DNA of 63,823 nt, filler included, from Hausera hauseri (taxonomy: Eukaryota): assembly GCA_046269625.1 (NCBI GenBank). It is 13 parts of 13 records of this genome, joined end to end, with 100 filler letters (N's around TTAATTAATTAA, not from the genome) between each part and the next. Parts side by side here need not be neighbours in the genome. Positions count along the whole stretch, not along the records: positions 1 to 4,919 come from JBJURY010391479.1; positions 5,020 to 9,570 come from JBJURY010531232.1; positions 9,671 to 14,395 come from JBJURY010460467.1; 10 more parts are not named here. The stretch is one strand, 5' to 3'. The notes beneath the pieces are model-generated. The model was not told the DNA's origin and did no database searches. It worked only from the letters and a program-made list of their open reading frames with translations. Positions 1-11,159 of the stretch are shown here, piece by piece; the first letter of the stretch is position 1; the number at the start of each line of letters is the position of its first letter. Made by a program: the position numbers and the translations under genes.

Positions 1-94
1 AGCAGCCGCAGCAACAACAACAACAACAACAATGACAGTTCATTTGTGACAGGTTGCAGTAAGTCAATTTCATTTTTACTCTTTTGTCCTTAAC

Positions 95-523
95 ATGTAT
101 TTAGAAAGCAACAGTGAGTTTAAGTATGGCCCGTATTCCCTCAGCCAGTCCAGAGTAAATAACGGGTACAATATACATTTTCAGCGAACCCCATTTCTAG
201 TAAAATTATCAACACCGATCAAAATGAAACAGGTAAAATATGTCCTGTTGGCAAAGGAAAAATGTGACAGTGACTTGGATGCATTGGAGGAAACGATGAA
301 GAAAGTGGACAATGATTTGATGTTGTCCAATGATATTCACGACACATCCTCGCTTTTCCTTAAAGGCAACATAGCGAAAATTATGAGTGCTAGTGGACAA
401 ACAGAAGTTTTGCCAATGGAAGGAGTAAAAGGATACCTGACAATGAAGCTAAAAGGATATAAGGAACTTTATGGTATTAAATCGCCAATGTGGAAGTTTG
501 GGAAGTTTACCCTAATGAATTGA
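95..523 (+). CDS. Intact 142-aa ORF convergent with the pPolB gene; possible OB-fold ssDNA-binding accessory protein
   Basis: Uninterrupted ATG-to-stop ORF. The beta-rich C-terminus (GYLTMKLKGYKELYGIKSPMWKF) resembles the C-terminal strands of viral OB-fold SSBs; function is inference. Confidence 0.5.
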   Translation: MYLESNSEFKYGPYSLSQSRVNNGYNIHFQRTPFLVKLSTPIKMKQVKYVLLAKEKCDSDLDALEETMKKVDNDLMLSNDIHDTSSLFLKGNIAKIMSASGQTEVLPMEGVKGYLTMKLKGYKELYGIKSPMWKFGKFTLMN

Positions 524-818
524 CTTTAGTTTATAATTTGTAATGAAAGTTATTTGAGTTTTGGTGTTGTGTTGTGCTGTGTTGTGAAAAGTCTTTGAGT
601 TTTTGAGTAAAATGAGATTTTTTTTCCATAACCCAACTTGAGCCCCATTTCCTTGTTATAAAACAGAAGACAAAAGCTAGTGTACAAATACGTTATTGAT
701 CACATGTACAGAAGATGAATGTAAAACAAACAAAGATCACAAATGTCATAAAATGATGTGGCTGATCTGAATTGCATCTTTGTACTGACTAAACTGTTGT
801 TTAGTTACTGAGTAATGC

Positions 819-3800
819 TATCTCAAACGCCAATGTCCGTACGCTCAGCTCTTATTTCGCCCCACCCACATTCGCTTCTCATTGTTGCATGACAAAACAA
901 TTTTTTTATTTGTTACAGTATACAACTGGTGCTTAATCGATCGTATGGTCGTTTGAGATACAACAGCCTTTCCTCCTTTTCCGTCTTCTCCGTCTTCTTG
1001 TTCATCATAGACACGGCGATAATCACCGTGATTTATTTCCATCTGTTTCAGCTGGATGCCTTTTGCCCGAATTTTCGTCCCACAGTCCGTCAGAAGACTG
1101 TAGCACTTTGGGCTTAGGAATATCCATTCCCTGTATTGAACTAGGCCTTTACTTTCGTCTTTGAAGCAGCCGATTTTGTTTGTTATTGAGCTGCTGTACA
1201 GCGGTGATTCTGCGGGTAATTGGACGTGTCCAGTAGTCAATCTGCCATCATTTGTTGGAGTAGCTGGTTCCGATTGATGTTTTTCAGCTCAAGGAAAAAG
1301 CTGTCTGTCAGCGGCAACGATACTAATCTCACAGTCGCCGCCGCCTCCGCCAAACATTTGCCGTTAACGTGCCAAGTCTCGATACTGGAGCTCGTACATT
1401 CGCAACTTTCTCAGGTCCAATACCACTTGTCCAATGTAACTTGGCCGGTCCAGAACGACTTCTTCCGTGTTGAGGAGCACGGCGACCAATCCATCGGCAA
1501 TGTTCATTGACCGCCTGAACTGAGCCTTGCTGCTGTACGTAACCAGTCGTTTTTCGTTGTTGCACAGGCGCACATTGAGCCGATTCTTCAGATTTTCCAC
1601 TGTTTTCCCATACAGGGAATTGTTTTTCAGCTTGTAATTGTCCTTCTCGAATTTTGTACAAGCTGCAGTTCGTTTCCTGGAATTTCCATCAATGTACGTT
1701 TTAAATATCGGCGCCTGATTGAAGCGGATTGCACGATGCAGCTGTATGACGCGTACACCAAGCTGCATGTAAAACTGCAGCAGACGCCAATGAATTATGT
1801 AATTCGATATGGATTCATGTGTCATGAGCAGTTTCTTTACTTTTATTGAGCCGCCGGGTGGACATTGGCTAATTGGTGCGACCGGCAGTTCATCTAGAAA
1901 GTCATGCAGCTCATCCGGTACCACGAGAGTAACTTCCATTAGGTAGCCGACTGAGCTGCTTTCGGTCGTGTTTGATGCTGACAGACTGTCCAGCAATATA
2001 TTCAGTTCTTGTTTGTCCATTATCCATTCAAATGAACCGTAAGGCAAGGGTCGCGAATGCGCCCAGCAGTACAGGTTATTAATATAGATGTACAACACTG
2101 ACGTTGTATCATCGTCATCACTGGTTACGTGATGCTTGTTGACAAATGTCATGCCGCCACCAATGCCAACGTCAAAAAATCGGTAAATTTTCGGGTCTTG
2201 AAGCAGCTCAATGTCCCGATCAAGTGACATTAGTGCCGATGCTTAACTTATTCCCGGTATTGAGTAAAAGTTGAGCAGTTCCAACCTATCTTCCTCCAAC
2301 GATTTAGCCCGAAATATCTGTAACACATTGGCTAATAAGTACACATCGAGCTTTAGATACTGAAGCATGTAGTCCAACATGTTTCTACAACCGAGCTCTG
2401 TCCAAGATTCTTCTGCTGTGTGATATTCATCCTCTGTAATACCTGTCCATCGCGGCGGTAATTCTTCTGTTGTCCGGAGTCGCTCATATGACACAGCAAA
2501 GTCATGCGGGAATATGCCTTTGCTGCGTGCAATATGTGTGGGGAACTGCGTCAGTGTAAGCGGCACATTCGGCAAGGCATTTAAGAGCTTTGCTAGAGAC
2601 TCACTGAGAAATTGCAATGAGTCAAGAAACCGTACCTGAAACAGGTTTATGCGTGCCGATAGGGACAGTACTTCTCCATCGTTGTTGGTATTATGGATAG
2701 CTCCCAGTGCGGAAATCCGTTTATGGCCCATTTTAAAATATGGTGACAGTTATAACCCCTGATGTTATGAAATATCACCGTCAGGAATGGCCGTACCCGT
2801 CTTGCCAAATTGCGTGCGTTGCATGCTGATCCCAAGTATCGACCGGTAAAATAGTCGTGATCCGGTACGAGCCGTTCCTGTAATATTTTGTGGCACAGGG
2901 AACATTCATCGGTGGTTGCAAACTTTAGGCGTTCATCTGCATTTGTCCAAATCAGGGGTTTTTGCTGCTATTGCGATACCACGGTGCAATTTCCGTTTTT
3001 ACTACCGTGTCAAAACGCTGCAGGAAATCACGTAGACATGTCCAGCCGTGAAAGGCGTAATAATGCGGCTGACAGTCGGCTTTTATTGGGACAGTCAACA
3101 TACCAACGGCGATTGGAACGTGTTTTTGATCACCACGTTGTGCCGTAGTATAATTGCTTCAATATCGGCATATATCACATATGCCGGACTGCCTGTCTTT
3201 GACCAATCTGTAAACCTGAGTTCCTTTTTGATGGGCATGACATACATTGTGGTTCCCGATGAATTTTGTCTGCACAGAGTCACATGTTTCTCCCGTGATA
3301 TTTCCGACCTAAATCCGTGCAGACATACAGGACACCATTTACAATTTATACGCTTTTTGATGAATTGATGATGATCTATGTTAAGTAGTCTATCCAAATT
3401 GGTTACTGTCACATAGCGAAATTTATTTGCCTGCTCCAGTAGCAACAAATTTTCTACTGAGTGACCATTTGGGTTCCGACTTCGATAGAGTATATCTACA
3501 TGAGGGTTTTTGTAAATTTTTTCATCCGCCGGTATTTCTACGACTGTGTTGTACCGGAACACGTTAATTGTCAGTGTCGGATTACGTAGTTTGCCATCCA
3601 CTACCCTTTTTGGTGTAGTTGACGATTTTCTCCTCGAGCTTTTCGCCTAAGTCGGCAATAAAATCTTCAGAATACGGTACGGCTCGATGTGACAGGTACC
3701 ATTGTTTCCTGTCACCTTCCTAATTTTCAAATTCTGCAAGTGCATAATATTGCATTTTGCAGTGGTGGTGGTGTTGTTGGAATTTGGCCACCTCTATTTC

Positions 3801-4480
3801 CAACCGGTTACGCACATGAGCAGGTACATCCTTCAATTGCGTTGCTGTTTTCGCTGTCATGTCCACCTTCATGTCCATGTACGATCTGTTCAGGTCATAC
3901 CTGACTGTAATTTTGGGAATATTGGCCTCCTGTTCTTCTTGTTGATGCTGTTCCTGCTGCTGCTGCTGCTCTTGCTGGGTACTCTTTCTGATTAAGTCGT
4001 CAAGACTTATTGAGGTCTGACGTTTCCTACTGGTTGTTGTTGTTGTTGAGGGGATGATGCTAGCGCTGTTGCCACTGTTGTTGTCGTTTTCTATAAATAT
4101 TTGTTTCTTTGACCGCTTAAACTGGTTTAAGTAGTCCTTGTGCAAATTATAGAATTGTTTGTAGTTGATTTGATCATCATTATCAACTATAGAATAACAA
4201 CCGGGACAAACATAGGCCCGTTTACTGTGCAGCGCTGTGGTGATGCCATAGTACCGCTCCATTGCAGTATGGCAACCATCAACGTTATGCACTTTACTAG
4301 TAATGTAGTGTGAATATGTGGGGCAATGCGCAAGCATCAATTTCTTGGACCACGTAAATTTTTTTATTGTGTGTGTTCAAGCTACGTGTCCCTCCCCACA
4401 GCGTAATACTTCGCCATCTGCTGATTGCACTGCTCACGATCTGTGCGTATGCGTGATACGCAATACACGGGATAATGTTT
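819..4480 (-). mobile_element. Polinton/Maverick (adintovirus-like) protein-primed DNA polymerase B, frameshifted, copy A1
   Basis: Successive minus-strand ORF pieces give exoI YVIYADIEA, EndoVII-like DHDYFTGRYLGSAC, exoII FHNIRGYNCHHIL, exoIII YLKLDVYLL, motif A INNLY, motif B YKLKNNSLYGKTVEN, KIGCFKDE, SPKCYS and C-terminal KR...AYGH. Confidence 0.93.
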
Positions 4481-4611
4481 GCATTTCTGAATGAGAAACA
4501 AATTAAAGTAAGCGTAAAAATATATTAACTTATTAATACTTTAAATAAAATAAACACTACTTCTATGGTGGGGTGGGATGGTGGTGGTAGTGGTGGTGGT
4601 CTAAGAGCGAC

Positions 4612-4618
4612 TATAAAT
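4612..4618 (+). promoter_or_regulatory. Candidate TATA box for the small ORF at 4655
   Basis: TATAAAT about 40 nt upstream of the ATG. TATAAA also lies upstream of the homologous ORF (about 37233) and of the next ORF (37653) in the paralogous contig. Confidence 0.4.
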
Positions 4619-4654
4619 ATTCAGCACTCAATGTCACTCAAGTAAGACAGATAG

Positions 4655-4903
4655 ATGAAAGAGTACAAAGAAAGTGAGATTCAGAGATTGACCGATGGCA
4701 TTTTGACCGGCAATGTGTTTGATGTTCAGTACTTATGTGAGCTTTCAGAAACGAGAATAATGAGCAGGCGAGAATATATTGAACTGATAGTAAGATCTCT
4801 GTTCGTAAAACATATCGAGGATGAAATAAGACGAAAACGACAAAAAGAACGACGAATAATTTCCTCATTGGATTTGTATTTACTGCTTCGCTTTGTATTG
4901 TAA
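4655..4903 (+). CDS. 82-aa Polinton-associated hypothetical protein divergent from pPolB
   Basis: Intact ORF with a clear homolog (stop-disrupted) in the same position at 37289-37535. Confidence 0.65.
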   Translation: MKEYKESEIQRLTDGILTGNVFDVQYLCELSETRIMSRREYIELIVRSLFVKHIEDEIRRKRQKERRIISSLDLYLLLRFVL

Positions 4904-4919
4904 TGAAAAAGTTGATTGA

Positions 4920-5019
4920 NNNNNNNNNNNNNNNNNNNNNNNNNNNNNNNNNNNNNNNNNNNNTTAATTAATTAANNNNNNNNNNNNNNNNNNNNNNNNN
5001 NNNNNNNNNNNNNNNNNNN
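4920..5019. other. Artificial contig linker (first of 12)
   Basis: N-run + TTAATTAATTAA + N-run, 100 bp. Identical linkers at 9571-9670, 14396-14495, 18885-18984, 23935-24034, 29091-29190, 33297-33396, 38193-38292, 42614-42713, 47068-47167, 52322-52421, 59311-59410. Confidence 0.98.
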
Positions 5020-8000
5020 CCTACGGAGATGTTTGATTGATTCCCTTATTTTTCTCCACCAGGTGGTGTGTTTGGGATATTTTAGACAGGTAGTACCGGC
5101 ATTGATCCATCTGAGGGATTCGTGGAATTCCAGTTTATTATGTGTTCTATTTCTGGTTACTCTCAATAGATGGTTTAAGGCAAAGAATCTTATGTTGGGG
5201 TCATGACTATTTAGTAGTTGGTGGGCTTGTGCAATACTTTGGACTGCGTATTCATCTTTTAGAGGGACCATTCCAAGACCTCCTTTATTGGATCCAACGA
5301 AGAGGTAGTCAGTGCCAGCGTCGTTGGTGGGGACCTTAAGTATTTTAGTTTTAAGTATTTTAAGGAATTTTGCTTCGTAGTTGAAATATATATATGAGAG
5401 TCTTTTTGCTGTATTTACCTAGTGATGTCCAATTGATTACTATATTTCGAAGATAGAATGGAGTTGTGGAGAAGATAAAGGTCTTATATGCGTGTACTTT
5501 TTGTGCAGGTTGAAGACGAGAATCTGCTATATTGTCCCACAACTCTAGATTTTTGCTTAGAAGTTCATCCAGGTTTTGTTTTTTCTGATGACCAAAGGGG
5601 ACTCTTAAGTACTTATAGTAGTCATCATCTTTAATTATTGGCACCGGTTGGACATTAATTATTAGGGTAGGCTTAGTGTCATTCCTAATCATACTAAAGT
5701 ATCCCCACTTACTCGGATTAAATGTTAGATTCACCTGGGAGGCTGGTACCATTATCTTATCTAAGAGATTTTGTAGGTCAGAGTGAGATTTGGCAAGGTA
5801 TACTACGTCATCAGCATATGCCAGGGATCTTAAAGGCTTTCGGAATAATGTTACGTGGTCTGTGATTATTTCTTCTGCTTCATTTAGGAGGAAGTTTGTT
5901 ACCAGGGAGAAATGGGTCTTGGAGAGAGGGCAACCCTGCCTCACACCTCGTTTGGTGTCCAAGTGTGGGACGTGGAGACTACCACAGGAGTATGTTGTTT
6001 TACACTTTTCGTACATTTTCATAATAAGGCTTCGGGTTAGCTCGTGAAGTCCCATTTTCTCAATGGAAAAATTTATGAAGTGGTGTGGTATCGAAGGAAA
6101 TGCTTCCGTGAGGTCAACAAAGCAAAGTTGAACGTGTTCGTTTGGGTATCGGAGGACCTGTTCCTTTAGAGCTATAAGAGTGAAGTTGTGTTCGGCACAT
6201 GCATTTGAGGCTCCTATGGCTTTTTGGAATGGGTGTAGTAGTTCACCTGAAGATATCAAATCAAGTAACCTCTGGTTTAATATTTTGGTGAAGATCCTAT
6301 AAGACGTGTCCAAGACTGCAGTGGGCCGCCAGGAGGAGACAAGATATGAGTATTCTTCTTTGCCAGGCTTGGGAATTAGTGTGGTTCTAAAAGATTTTTA
6401 TTAAGTAGGAATGTCCTGGTTGGTCATTATGTGATTGAAGAAGGTTTCTAAGGCTGTATAGTTAGGATCTAAAGCTTTCCAATGGCTGTACTCGATATCC
6501 TTTTCCCCGGGACTACTTTTCTTGCAGTTACTCAAGGTTTTTTCTATTTCATCAGAGGTAATTGGAAGGTATGTGAAAGAATCCTCGATACAAGGTACCT
6601 TAAGGATGGATTAGTTTAAGTCCATTACTTTTGTTGTTTGTTGGGAGTAATGTTCTTCGACAGCTTTCCTTGTTGGGAAAGATACAGCCATAGTCGGGTT
6701 GGTAATTCTGTTATATACAATTTTAGGTGCTCGTTGGTACTGCAGGCGTAGAAGGGGATCCGACTGTTCCATAAGTTTTGTATTGGTCATTGGGTGTCGT
6801 ATAGTTTTTTCTGGTGAAGGAAAGAGTTCTTCTTTAGCTCTCGCGGCTTCATTAAGGAAATGTGTTGCACCGAGGCCTTGGGAGTCTAGGTAGAGTAGGG
6901 CTCTAGCAACCAACGGGTGGGTAGACTTTCCTTCTTTCTTCTTAATTTTCCTATATTCTAAGTATTCATTTGTTATTAGATGAACATCTTCTCGGATGCT
7001 AGTAACATTGCAGTTGGTGAAGAATGGATTGTGATGTTCAGTGTAATGTATAGCATGGTAGCAGATGAAGAATCCTCTTTCCTCGTAATCATTTTGGAGT
7101 GGGTAATCTCTCAGGTAGCAGATGTTTAGCGGTTCTTCTATGGAGAGGTAGGACAGGTGATACAAGAGGTCCCTTAGCTTACTAGTGATTAGTTTGTGCT
7201 CTTCCGTTATGGTATTAGTTGAGGGGTCGATTAAGAAGCAACAGTGGTCCTTCCTTTCTGCAATAAATAGGATCCAAGACATTTTGTTGATGTGAATGGG
7301 CCATAGTATTATTTGCCAATCAGGAAAGGTAAAAAAGGGAACAGTTGGAAGAGGGATTTCTCAACAGAGTTTTGTACCGCTTTTGCAGACAGGGGATTTA
7401 CGAACAGAACATGAGAAAATTTAGCGCATTTGATTCGAATGTAAAGTTCGATTTTCCAATCATCTAGTCATGCAGTATTTTGATCTGAGAAATTGATTGG
7501 TAGATCTAAGTTCTGAAAGTTAGAGTAATTTTGTTTTGATATGATGTCCGTGCAAGCTGTATCGGTGTGAGCCTTAGAGCAGTGTGATGAAGCTGCATTA
7601 AGCGAAAATTTCATGTTGCAGGGGATGCAGTGAAAAGTTTTTTCAGTTACTTCCTTCGAATGTTTTTTAATTTTCAGATGTTGGATTGTACCTTTATCAA
7701 ATCTATTCGATGTTGGCATGTAGTTTGTTTCGTAGGTGCAGTTAGGGAGGTTACACTGTAAGGTAAGAGAGTTATTGTCATTTCTACGAAGGAGAAAGGG
7801 GCAGCTAACTCCGAAGGATTCTGAGCTGCTAGAAGATTCTTCTCGCGCTCCTCCGAGTCTAGGAGATTTAGATCGGGTACTGTGTGAGGTAGGAGAATCC
7901 GGGGTAAGGACAGTGGCGGCTCTTATTTCATTAGGGTCTACTTTAAGGTAATTTTTTCCAGCGGCGAATTGGACCATATAGCCACAAACGTATGGTCCAC

Positions 8001-9400
8001 AGTCATTGTAGTTACTGAGGGGTTGGTGGTCTTTGTTTAGGTAAAGTCCCTTATAGTAGAGATTGGGTATGTTGAAAACAGCTCTGAAGACGTCGACTCA
8101 AGAGACTAGAAGTTCAGATCCTGCTCGTGAGTATAGTGATTGACAATAGGGGTCAAGAAGTTATAGGGATTCTGTTTTCCTGTTTATGTAACCTAAGAGC
8201 CAGTGGCTTTCATGCCATAGGGACATGAAGATTTGGTCACAGTGTTGGTTAACGCAGCATCCTCATCTGACATTTTTATGTGGGCTGTGGCATCATGGGC
8301 GTTCGGGAAAAATATTTTAAAGAGGGACCAGGATATATATAGGGATTTGCACCTGAGAGTGGCCTGTTAGCCCCAATAATCCATTTCGTTGGTGGAGAAC
8401 CAAGTAGTCACATCTGGTTTTCTAAGAGCTTTTTTGTGAAGTTGTTTGGGTCCTTAGTCATGTTTTGCAGTGGTGTGTCGCAAGATGATTTCAAAATTTC
8501 CACAAAGGATTTACGATTTGGGAAAGAAGATTTGGAAAATTTTTACTGAGTGTCTGTTAAGTATGATTGTGAAGTTGAGCTGCTCTCAGAAGATCCCCGG
8601 CTACTTGAGGATGAGATGGTCAGGTTATCATTATCTGTACTGTCGTATATTCTAATTATCGGTTTCGAGTAAGTTGTGACAGGGTTGTCTACTTTAGAAA
8701 TATGCGAGGCCAGTGTTGCAATATTGAATTCTATTTTGTGGCTCTTTACTTTAGGTGTGGTTACCGTGATTTTATCTATATATGTAAGGTCATGTTTTGT
8801 AAGTTATAGTTTTAGGTTGGGTATACGTCCTATGGATTGAGTGCCGACCTGAAGGCCTTCTTTAATGGTTTAGAACGTAGAGGGTTGTTTGAAGCATTGT
8901 CGGAAAATTTTTCAACTTTGAAGTACTTCAAGAGTTCAGGCAGAGACGCTTCGGAAGATGTGGTTGCATTAGATAGTAATTTTAGAAAGTTGAGGACGCA
9001 CCTACTATCTGAAAAATAGATGATTTTGTACTTATCTGTGGCACTGTTATACTTCCCTAAGAACCTATTCAGGAAGTCAGCAGCTGTCAGCTTCAGTCTG
9101 TTATTTTCAAAGTATACTGATTTATTTGTTAAAGAAGTATTGAAGGGCTTTAGCAGTGGGTACATAAGTAGACAGTGCACAATGGGTTGAGACGAGTGCA
9201 TTGTCCAGTGGCCAAGTAAAGTGTGAGTTAGGTGTGGTGATCGGTATAGGTATCTCCTGTGGCGTAGCAGTAGTCTTGTTCTCAATTGGAGTAGATGTAC
9301 AGATTTTTAGTTGTTGTACTAATTTTAGAAGGTTGAGGATTTGAAGCTTCGTTTCAAAGCTAAAGTTAAGTTTGGGGGTGTCCTGACAGAAGGTTGGCAT
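5020..9400 (-). mobile_element. Non-LTR retrotransposon of the RLE group (NeSL/R2-like), degraded single ORF: Ulp1 protease, C2H2 fingers, second Ulp1-like domain, RT
   Basis: RT motifs FQKAIG, VDLTEAFPSIPH, GVRQGCPLS, LAYADD, FNPSK, YKYL and thumb GGLG. Two C2H2-like fingers in ORF 7468-7977. Protease motifs SHW...LDP...NDCG. The 3' endonuclease is cut off by the contig end. Confidence 0.88.
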
Positions 9401-9769
9401 CTTACCTTTTATTGCAAAGATTTGAGACTAGAATTGTGGTTTGTCAATTTTAAATTAAATTCCAGGTTTTTTTGTGATTATTACGTAATAAGTGGTAAGA
9501 ATTTTTAAAAGAATAATCAGTAGTTTAGTAAGTAACCAAGTACGAATGTTGATTTTATTTAATACTACTGNNNNNNNNNNNNNNNNNNNNNNNNNNNNNN
9601 NNNNNNNNNNNNNNTTAATTAATTAANNNNNNNNNNNNNNNNNNNNNNNNNNNNNNNNNNNNNNNNNNNNTCAACCAAGGAGCCTTTTTTTAAAAAAACT
9701 TTTTATTCAATAACTTAAACGTTTACAACAAATATAATTAATAACTAACTTGAGTTCAGAACACTCATT

Positions 9770-9880
9770 TTTGCTCAAAATGTCCGCCTCTGGCATCTGT
9801 GACAGCTTTAGCCTCCTTGGGAAGTTGTTAATTGAATTTGTTGACCGTGGCTGTGGTGCCCACATTCACCCCATGGGTGA
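9770..9880 (-). mobile_element. Tc1/mariner transposase C-terminal scrap
   Basis: With one frameshift it reads SINNFPRRLKAVTDARGGHFEQK*, the typical Tc1/mariner C-terminus. Confidence 0.6.
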
Positions 9881-10254
9881 TTTGTTCAAAGAACTGTTTT
9901 TCTGTGAACATTTAAATAAATTCAAACTTTTCGAAAGAAATTTTTATTTCAAACATATTTCAAATTCTGAAATACATGTCGGAGTCAATTTATTGTAGTC
10001 TATTTTTCAAACAATTTAGCAATGCCAATGGGGAAATAAGTCCTGATGTTTTTCAGGCATTGTCCAAATGCTGTCCAGACGTTGATAATGAAAAAATAAT
10101 GACGGTCTACAAAATTGGAATGCCAATTCACAAATCTGGAATTTCAAAGTCACTCAATCGATAGTTATTCCAAATTACAATAAGATTACTGCGACAAAAA
10201 CAGATGATTAAATTGTTCGGAGTAAATCAGCAATAAGTGAACATAAGTCTGACA

Positions 10255-10750
10255 AACAAAACATCGTCATTCACGGCTGTGATGAACCGAAGAATATGAA
10301 GAAAGATTTCTTTTGTACAAAGAAACTCCTTGTGAAAGAAATGCGCTGCTTCGCTGATTATTTGTCAGCGGAAAGTGAGTCATATGAAGATGTTGATATA
10401 TCAGTCCATTATGATATCAATATATTTGACTAGCCGACGAAGTATGTTAAAATAGAACAGTTGTCAGAATGCGACAGAGTATCAGTTTCATCATTAAAAC
10501 CAAATAATGTTCCGATATTAATGTCTTCCGGCCTTTTGAAAATCGATACTTTGGTTGATGATTGCATCGAATATATTCATTCGAATATAAATGATCTGCT
10601 GTCGACGTCGTGCAACATAAATTTTGTAAATTCTTCTCTTATCGAAAAGATTGCAGAACGATTCATTGATTTAGAAATAGATGCCATTGTCGACAAAAAA
10701 GATAAAATAAGAAATAAATTATTTCGAATCAAAATGGAGCAGCTAAAGTC
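10255..10750 (+). pseudogene. SANBR: Disrupted SANBR/KIAA1841 (BTB/DUF3342 region) fragment
   Basis: IVIHGCDEPKNMKKDFFCTKKLLVKEMRCFADYLS...EDVDISVHYDINIFD* then LKPNNVPILMSSGLLKIDTLVDDCIEYIHSN...VDKKDKIRNKLF matches the KIAA1841 family; contains an in-frame stop. Confidence 0.82.
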
Positions 10751-11159
10751 TGATGACGATATTCCTGGTGATTTGTACGTCATTACTGAATATCCCCAAG
10801 AAGATAAACACTATTACAATTACTGATCCATCAGGTGATACTATTTTTGAACGATTAGGTAGCATTGGCGACAAAATTCAAATTGAAATTATGGGCAATT
10901 CAATGGAATACGAAATTGAGGGCTTTGATATTGATTGAACTTGTCGACAGATCCGTGTGTACGTTCAGAATTCTGATACGGTTAAGTCTAACGAAACGTT
11001 CGATGGTCATCCGCACCAATATATAATGTCAACCGATAGAATTTGGCCGAACATGGAACAATCTGATGGTGGCGGTAATAGAGAAGAGTATGCCGTAGTT
11101 GAAAGAACTGTGTTAATCGATTCACGGAATGTATAATTGGCATCATTAACTGATAAACC

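Noticed and set aside
4965-4976. TTAATTAATTAA as a biological motif
   Set aside because: Occurs only centred in N linkers; it is a six-frame stop spacer.
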